Positions 58,234 to 64,000 of a DNA stretch of 64,000 bases are shown piece by piece. The position numbers were made by a program, and so were the translations under genes. Under the pieces are notes generated by a model. The model was not told the DNA's origin, searched no databases, and saw only the letters and a list, made by a program, of their open reading frames with translations. Source of the DNA: Bdellovibrio sp. (lineage in GTDB: Bacteria; Bdellovibrionota; Bdellovibrionia; Bdellovibrionales; Bdellovibrionaceae); the NCBI GenBank assembly GCA_036676395.1, contig JAKFCY010000002.1, forward strand, positions 896,001 to 960,000, read 5' to 3'. Each line of letters begins with the position of its first letter. Within the stretch, counting starts at the first letter, position 1.

Positions 58234-58881
58234 ATGAAGAAGTCAGGATTTATTTTTTTTATGGTAGCCCTTCAGTTGCACGCGGGCCCTTCACGGTCTG
58301 AATGCCCTGATGGTTATAGTGATGTCTCACTAAAAAAAAACAACTGGATAAATCAATACCCCAACTCGGGTAAAGTCAGTTTTAAAGAAAAGAAAAACAT
58401 AATTTCGATGGTGCCAAAAGTGGCTCTCGCTTCTGCAGCCACACACGCAAGTCTTGTGCTTTCAAAGTTTGATATTAAGTCAGAAAATTTCGATATTATT
58501 GTCGATTATAAAAACGATCGCGCCTTAAGAGGAAAAGATCCCAATCCTTGGGAGGTGTTTTGGCTGTTTTTTAATTATGTGCCGGGGCTACATCATACTA
58601 AGACTACAAATTACGTCATAGCCAAACCGAACGGTCTTGAAGTAGGCCGAGCCGCGAAAGAAATTGATCAAGTCTATGTGAAAACCAGCGAACTAGTGTC
58701 GGCCAAATTTAATCAATGGCACCGCTTACGCGTGCAAAAGCAGAGTGGAATCGTTAAATTTTACTTTGATGAGATTTATATTTTTGAAGTAGCGACTGCG
58801 GTGCTTTTCACAGCCCCTGGGCGAATTGGTCTCTATTCTGAAGATGCCGCTGTAACTGTCAAAAGAGTTTGCCTAAAATAA
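58234..58881 (+). CDS. Secreted concanavalin-like (DUF1080-like) beta-sandwich protein
   Basis: Likely start MKKSG with a signal peptide; QWHRLRV...GRIGLYSED. Confidence 0.55.
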   Translation: MKKSGFIFFMVALQLHAGPSRSECPDGYSDVSLKKNNWINQYPNSGKVSFKEKKNIISMVPKVALASAATHASLVLSKFDIKSENFDIIVDYKNDRALRGKDPNPWEVFWLFFNYVPGLHHTKTTNYVIAKPNGLEVGRAAKEIDQVYVKTSELVSAKFNQWHRLRVQKQSGIVKFYFDEIYIFEVATAVLFTAPGRIGLYSEDAAVTVKRVCLK

Positions 58882-58903
58882 AAACTGCCAATATGCTTTA
58901 ATT

Positions 58904-60223
58904 ATGACATCAAATAATTCTGAACAATTAGTGCGTCGTATTACACTCATTTCTCTGGTTTTTTACGGCATCGGAGATATTTTAGGGGCTGGAATTTATG
59001 GTCTGGTTGGAAAAGCCGCGGGCATCATGGGCAATGGTGTTTGGTTAGCATTTTTAATCAGTGCGGCGGCCGCGATCTTTACTGGATTAACTTACGCATC
59101 TCTTGGTTCACGGTATCCACGCGCGGCGGGGATTGCTTATATTCTTAAAAAATCTTTTGGTTCAAATTTTTTAGCCTATGTTTTTGGAATCGTGGTTTTA
59201 TGTTCAGGTCTGGTTTCAATGGCCACGGCAAGCCGGGCATTTTCTGGATACCTATCAGGAATGCTGCCATTTCTTTCGTTGAATATGGGCATTTTAGTTT
59301 TTATGGCCCTGTTAACTTTAATTGTGCTTAAAGGAATTAAAGAATCCATGTGGGCCAATATTGTTTGTACGGTCATTGAACTTTCAGGCTTATTACTGGT
59401 TATCGTTGTCGGTATTTCTTTTATTGGTGATGTTCCGCTTATGGATTTTACTTCTGAAAAAAATCCGACACCGCAATTGCAAATGCCCTTGATGCTAACC
59501 GGGGCTATTTTAACTTTTTATTCTTTCATGGGTTTTGAAGATATTATGAATGTGGCTGAAGAAGTTGAAAATCCACAGCGCAATTTGCCGATCGGGATCA
59601 TTGTCGCAGTTCTTGTGTCTTCTGTAATATATATGCTTATTAGTGTTATTGCAGTCTCTGTGATTCCGGCACACGAGTTAGCAAAAAGTACGCAACCGCT
59701 CGTGGATGTTGTTGCTAAAGCAGCGCCTTGGTTTCCAACTAAGTTATTCAGTATTATTTCAATGTTTGCCATTGCTAATACGGCTTTACTTAATTTTATT
59801 ATGGGTTCACGTTTAGTTTACGGCATGTCGCGCGAAAAACTTTTGCCCAAAGTACTAGGTTATGTCTCAGCAAAAACCCACACGCCGGTCATAGCGATTT
59901 TTTTGTGTATTTTTATTGTGTTATTTATGGCGTTCACTGGTGAAATTGCAATTCTTGCTAAATCTTCAAGCCTGTTGTTATTAACCGGTTTTTTTATGAT
60001 GAACATCAGTTTGATTATTCTTAAAAAAAGAAAGTCAGAAGAAAAAGGCCGCTTTGAAATTCCGTATTTTATACCAGTGCTTGGAGCTATTTTAGCGATT
60101 ACACTCATTTTTTCTGCAACCTTTGAAGAAGCGAAGCGGGCCATGGGCGTGTTTGCAGTCTCTTGTATTTTATATTTCGTTGTTCGGCCTAAGGCTGAAG
60201 CCATTGATAAAATGCAGGGTTAG
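58904..60223 (+). CDS. APC family amino-acid permease
   Basis: GDILGAGIY, YPRAAG, FMGFED..NVAEEVENP motifs; about 12 TM segments. Confidence 0.92.
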   Translation: MTSNNSEQLVRRITLISLVFYGIGDILGAGIYGLVGKAAGIMGNGVWLAFLISAAAAIFTGLTYASLGSRYPRAAGIAYILKKSFGSNFLAYVFGIVVLCSGLVSMATASRAFSGYLSGMLPFLSLNMGILVFMALLTLIVLKGIKESMWANIVCTVIELSGLLLVIVVGISFIGDVPLMDFTSEKNPTPQLQMPLMLTGAILTFYSFMGFEDIMNVAEEVENPQRNLPIGIIVAVLVSSVIYMLISVIAVSVIPAHELAKSTQPLVDVVAKAAPWFPTKLFSIISMFAIANTALLNFIMGSRLVYGMSREKLLPKVLGYVSAKTHTPVIAIFLCIFIVLFMAFTGEIAILAKSSSLLLLTGFFMMNISLIILKKRKSEEKGRFEIPYFIPVLGAILAITLIFSATFEEAKRAMGVFAVSCILYFVVRPKAEAIDKMQG

Positions 60224-60251
60224 CCTGGCCGGCCGCACCTGGCCGGTCGCA
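60224..60251. repeat. GC-rich 14-bp tandem repeat
   Basis: cctggccggccgca then cctggccggtcgca; the pair fills the whole intergenic gap. Confidence 0.8.
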
Positions 60252-60599
60252 CTAGTTACAGATAAATTCAACAAAGTTATACATCGTGGTGCGTGGGCCT
60301 GCGCCACCCACTAAGATCGCACTATGGCCAACGCCAAAGCCTGTGGCAACGCCTGCTGACGAATTACTTTCATCACGAGCCTGATATTCTTTGATGATGG
60401 TGTAATCGCCACCACAGAAATTTGTAGCTTTGTTTTTTAAATCTTGGCGGTATTTGGCTTCGTGTTCTGGCTTGTCGGTCGGGTAGTAGCGAACCACCGC
60501 TTGTTTTTGCGGACTTGTATCGCGACGAACAAATTCAACCGTGTGCGAACAACCGCAAAGAATTAAAAGCGCTGGGGTGATAAAGCTTAAACTTTTCAT
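60252..60599 (-). CDS. Small lipoprotein
   Basis: LCGC lipobox. Confidence 0.7.
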   Translation of the reverse strand: MKSLSFITPALLILCGCSHTVEFVRRDTSPQKQAVVRYYPTDKPEHEAKYRQDLKNKATNFCGGDYTIIKEYQARDESNSSAGVATGFGVGHSAILVGGAGPRTTMYNFVEFICN

Positions 60600-60611
60600 A
60601 CCAAAAGATCG

Positions 60612-60627
60612 AGCAAGATATATTCCA
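60612..60627 (-). promoter_or_regulatory. Sigma54-type promoter
   Basis: Minus strand TGGAATATATCTTGCT (GG-N10-GC), 12 nt before the ATG. Confidence 0.5.
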
Positions 60628-60660
60628 AGCCTGACTTTACCTATTTTGCCCCGTTATCCA

Positions 60661-61635
60661 TTAATCTTGTACGCAGTAGTATGAATAACCATCTTCTGGG
60701 TTATTCACTTGCGATTTGTGACGAACAGGCGTTGGATTACGTAAGTGCGGCGCATACACGTAGTCACTTTCTAAAGCCCAGATGGCATCGTTAATACTAA
60801 CGCCGCCGTTCCAGTCACCGTAGGCATCAATCATCTCAAGCTCTGTACCTGTTGGTAAACGGCCACCTAAAGTATCACATGCGCGCTCTGCATTTTTAGG
60901 TGAAAATGTTTTTTCGACAGAACCGTTCATAGCACCTAAAAGAGTTAAAGTTTTTTTGCCAATTTTTAAAGTTGACGGAAATTTCGTGCGTTGAAAATCT
61001 TCAAACATACGTGAAGCAATTTGGCTCATCACTGTAGCTGGAGGGCCATGGCCGATGTATGAAGTTTCTGCGCCATCACGGCCAATCATATGTAAAGTTA
61101 CTTGAATATCACCTTGGCAATTTGGCGCTAAGGCATAGGTGCCGTAAGCGATATAATCTAATTTATCCACTAAGCTTTGATCTAAATAACCATCACGTTG
61201 ACCGTTAGCTGCGGCACGCACCACGCTTAAAATATCATTTACGCGGGTAAAACTTAAACGTTGAACGCGCGGGCGAAGATTACGGTAGTAATCGCTAACA
61301 TAAGATTTCAAAGTCGATTCTAAAGTCACTTCCATATATTTGTATTGATTAGCTGCTGCGATATTTTGGTCGTAAAGATTATTAAAGCCTACAAGCATAG
61401 GTAAAACTTCTTTACCTTTGGCGCCAGCACCCATTAAGTCTTTTGCAAGGCCTGTCATTTTATCCATGTAACCAGATCGAGTGGTGCTGTAAGCATCTTT
61501 ATAAACGCAAAGATCGGCACCACGAATAAATGGAATCGTTGGCCAAACGCCGACTTGTTCTTTGGTTTCAGCGGCAAAGCCTGAAAGAGCTGAAAAGGTT
61601 AGGGCAAAAGATAAAGCTAGTGATAGTTTTTTCAT
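60661..61635 (-). CDS. Secreted protein with a C-terminal C-type-lectin-like/DUF1566-like motif
   Basis: Signal peptide; ACDTLGGRLPTGTEL...W...YCV. Confidence 0.6.
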   Translation of the reverse strand: MKKLSLALSFALTFSALSGFAAETKEQVGVWPTIPFIRGADLCVYKDAYSTTRSGYMDKMTGLAKDLMGAGAKGKEVLPMLVGFNNLYDQNIAAANQYKYMEVTLESTLKSYVSDYYRNLRPRVQRLSFTRVNDILSVVRAAANGQRDGYLDQSLVDKLDYIAYGTYALAPNCQGDIQVTLHMIGRDGAETSYIGHGPPATVMSQIASRMFEDFQRTKFPSTLKIGKKTLTLLGAMNGSVEKTFSPKNAERACDTLGGRLPTGTELEMIDAYGDWNGGVSINDAIWALESDYVYAPHLRNPTPVRHKSQVNNPEDGYSYYCVQD

Positions 61636-61803
61636 GAATCCTCTTACTGCAATTTTTGGTTACTTATAAGCTGAATTTTATTAGGACTACAAGTGGAATT
61701 ACTGTTAAAGATTTAACATCCTGCCGAATAAGGGCCGAGAATCTTAACAAATCTTAAAATAAGGCATTGTTTTGTAGTTAGAGTCAAAATAACCTGTTTG
61801 GGT

Positions 61804-62283
61804 ATGTCGCAAAAAAAACATCTGAAATTTGATCCCGCAGTTGAAGTGGCAAAGCCTTACCCAGGTGATAGCCAAGGGGCATTTTTACTGGCTTCTTCGC
61901 AGCTTGAAATGGTCTTGTTAAAAACTTCAGCGCATCATGAGCTGAATGCCGAAGTATGGTTTAGCTCTGCGACTGCCGGCCCTCCAGGGCATGTGCATGG
62001 CGGTTGTCAGGCCGCCGTGCTTGATGAAGTTATGGGTTCAACAGGTTGGCATCATGGTTATGGTGTGGTGGCTGCTAAAATTGAAGTTGAATTTTTAGAG
62101 ATGATTCCGGTGCTGCGCCAATATTCAATGCGCGGCCGAATTGTTAACATAGATAAACGAAAAATTTTTATTGAAGCTGAACTGTTTGATCAAGAAAAAA
62201 CTTATGCCAAATCAACAGGCCTGTTTATTGTCTTAACTAAAGAGCAAATTGATTCTTTAGGACTTAAAAAAAAGGAAGCCTAA
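61804..62283 (+). CDS. PaaI family hot-dog thioesterase
   Basis: GPPGHVHGG...LDEVMG. Confidence 0.88.
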   Translation: MSQKKHLKFDPAVEVAKPYPGDSQGAFLLASSQLEMVLLKTSAHHELNAEVWFSSATAGPPGHVHGGCQAAVLDEVMGSTGWHHGYGVVAAKIEVEFLEMIPVLRQYSMRGRIVNIDKRKIFIEAELFDQEKTYAKSTGLFIVLTKEQIDSLGLKKKEA

Positions 62284-62295
62284 GCTTCCTTTTTT
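62268..62295. terminator. Bidirectional intrinsic terminator
   Basis: aaaaaaggaagc-ctaa-gcttcctttttt. Confidence 0.85.
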
Positions 62296-62297
62296 AA

Positions 62298-63890
62298 TTA
62301 CATCAATTTTCTTTTTACTAAATATTCATCGTAAGTGGTGCTGTCAGCAAAAACCACTTGCTCATCGATTTCGACAATTTTATTTGCCACTGTCTGCATT
62401 AACTGATGATCGTGTGAAGTGAACAACATGGCCCCCTTGAAGCGCTCCATACCTTCATTCACGGCCGTAATGCTTTCTAAGTCTAAGTGATTTGTAGGGC
62501 CATCGATAATTAACACGTTGGCACCTGATAACATCATTTTAGAAAACATGCAGCGCGCTTTTTCTCCGCCTGATAAAACACTTGGTTTTTTCAAAGCATC
62601 ATTACCGCCGAACAACATTTTACCTAAGTAACCACGTAAGAACGATTCGTCTTTATCAGTTGAGTATTGACGTAACCAGTTAACTAAAGTGTCTTCATCG
62701 CCCTGAAAGTATTTAGCATTATCAACCGGGAAGTAACTGACTTCAGTCGTAATACCCCAAGTGATTTTGCCAGAGTCAGCTTTGCGTTCGCCAGATAAAA
62801 TGTCGAATAAAATAGTTTTCGTTAAATCATTACGACCTACGAACGCAATTTTATCACCTTTGTTTACACGAAAGCTGATGTTGTTAAGAACTTTTTTACC
62901 TTCAAGTGTGTAATTCAGATTTTCAACAGTTAAAACGTCATTTCCAAGTTCGCGTTTCATTTCAAAACCGATGTAAGGAACTTTACGGGTTGAAACCGGG
63001 ATGTCGTTGAATTCAAGTTTGTCTAATTGTTTCGCGCGTGACGAAGCTTGGCTAGATTTCGAAGCATTGGCACTGAAGCGGGCGATAAAGGCCTTGAGTT
63101 CTTCAGCTTTAACAGAAGCTTTTTTATTCTGATCAGACAATAAACGCTGTTTTAATTCGCTCGACTCGCGCCAGAAATCATAGTTTCCCGTGTAAGTCGT
63201 GATTTTACCGAAATCGATGTCAGCCATGTGTGTACAAACTTTATTTAAAAAGTGACGATCATGCGAAATCACAATAACTGTGTTTTCAAAATTTAATAAA
63301 AAGTTTTCTAACCAGTTAATCGCTAAGATATCTAAGTGATTCGTCGGCTCATCCAGTAATAAAATATCTGGTTTACCTAAAAGTGCCTGCGCAAGTAATA
63401 CTTTTACTTTTTCGCCGCCGCTAAGGTCTTGCATTAAGCGGTGGTGATATGATTCATTTAAATTTAGACCAGCTAATAGAACACCGGCTTCTGATTCAGC
63501 TTCCCAGCCATTAAGTTCGCCAAATTCTGATTCTAATTCAGAAGCGCGCACACCGTCGGCATCAGAAAAATCAGGCTTATTATAAAGCTCTTCTTTTTCT
63601 TTCATGATTTTATACAGACGAGAATTTCCCATAAGGACTGTGTTCATCACTGTATGTTCATCATAAGCAAAGTGATCTTGTTTTAAAACCGAAAGACGGG
63701 CTTTTGGTGGAACAATCACTTCGCCAGTGTTTGGTTCTAATTCTTTAGATAAGATTTTTAAGAACGTAGTTTTGCCAGCGCCATTCGCGCCGATTAAACC
63801 GTAGCAATTGCCCGGAGTAAATTTAACGTTCACGTCTTCGAATAATTTTTTGCCGCCAAAACGGAGGCTGATGTTGCTTGTAGAAATCAT
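62298..63890 (-). CDS. ABC-F family ATPase (YbiT-like)
   Basis: Two ABC cassettes (GANGAGKT, LSGGEK, LDEPTNHLD; the second is degenerate); no TM segments. Confidence 0.93.
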   Translation of the reverse strand: MISTSNISLRFGGKKLFEDVNVKFTPGNCYGLIGANGAGKTTFLKILSKELEPNTGEVIVPPKARLSVLKQDHFAYDEHTVMNTVLMGNSRLYKIMKEKEELYNKPDFSDADGVRASELESEFGELNGWEAESEAGVLLAGLNLNESYHHRLMQDLSGGEKVKVLLAQALLGKPDILLLDEPTNHLDILAINWLENFLLNFENTVIVISHDRHFLNKVCTHMADIDFGKITTYTGNYDFWRESSELKQRLLSDQNKKASVKAEELKAFIARFSANASKSSQASSRAKQLDKLEFNDIPVSTRKVPYIGFEMKRELGNDVLTVENLNYTLEGKKVLNNISFRVNKGDKIAFVGRNDLTKTILFDILSGERKADSGKITWGITTEVSYFPVDNAKYFQGDEDTLVNWLRQYSTDKDESFLRGYLGKMLFGGNDALKKPSVLSGGEKARCMFSKMMLSGANVLIIDGPTNHLDLESITAVNEGMERFKGAMLFTSHDHQLMQTVANKIVEIDEQVVFADSTTYDEYLVKRKLM

Positions 63891-64000
63891 TTTTGTTTAA
63901 ACCCCAAAATATCAACGTAAGTTATGCCTTTTGCTAAGCCTGAAGAAGGTCTGGCATTTTGTCCTTTGATTTGGATTTTGCCAGAATTAAATAATTCTTT

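Noticed and set aside
21..60314. Numerous 60-120 aa ORFs nested in or antisense to long genes
   Set aside because: They are shadow ORFs of well-supported CDSs with no independent motifs.
35651..64000. Right-hand att site or intact integrase/transposase closing the island
   Set aside because: None was found. Short tccgcca matches (~36782, ~52405) are inside CDSs and too short to be meaningful.

Overview
AT-rich bacterial chromosome segment, most consistent with a predatory Bdellovibrionota (Bdellovibrio/Pseudobdellovibrio-like). This is inferred from gene content: a type IV pilin next to slt/clpAS/dnaJ/dnaK, a SWIB protein and many secreted hydrolases. Positions 1-27.6 kb are core-like: mutS2, lnt, subtilase, slt, clpA, clpS, pilin, dnaJ, dnaK, purK, dus, radical SAM, map, ahcY, orn. 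A tRNA-Asp(GTC) at 27613-27689 marks an integration hotspot. Downstream of it lie a degenerate copy of the tRNA 3' end (~28512-28535) and a decayed, unannotated tyrosine-integrase C-terminus on the minus strand (28548-28737). These are followed by a ~7 kb putative anti-phage cassette: HEPN-like protein, cytoplasmic trypsin-like protease, SIR2 NADase translationally coupled to a 940-aa unknown protein, and a second HEPN-like protein. The split SIR2 + large-partner module is the best candidate for an undescribed system. The rest (35.6-64 kb) is a mixed accessory/housekeeping region with two histidine kinases, a JmjC protein, LysR-TerC, an RluA-methyltransferase fusion, a PA2778/PA2779 pair and an ABC-F. 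Several non-coding signals are also visible: sigma54-, sigma28- and sigma32-like promoters, a TCTCA-N3-TGAGA palindrome, a triple GGGGGA hairpin and a terminator inside the gene after the pilin. All family calls come from motif recognition by eye; no database searches were run.
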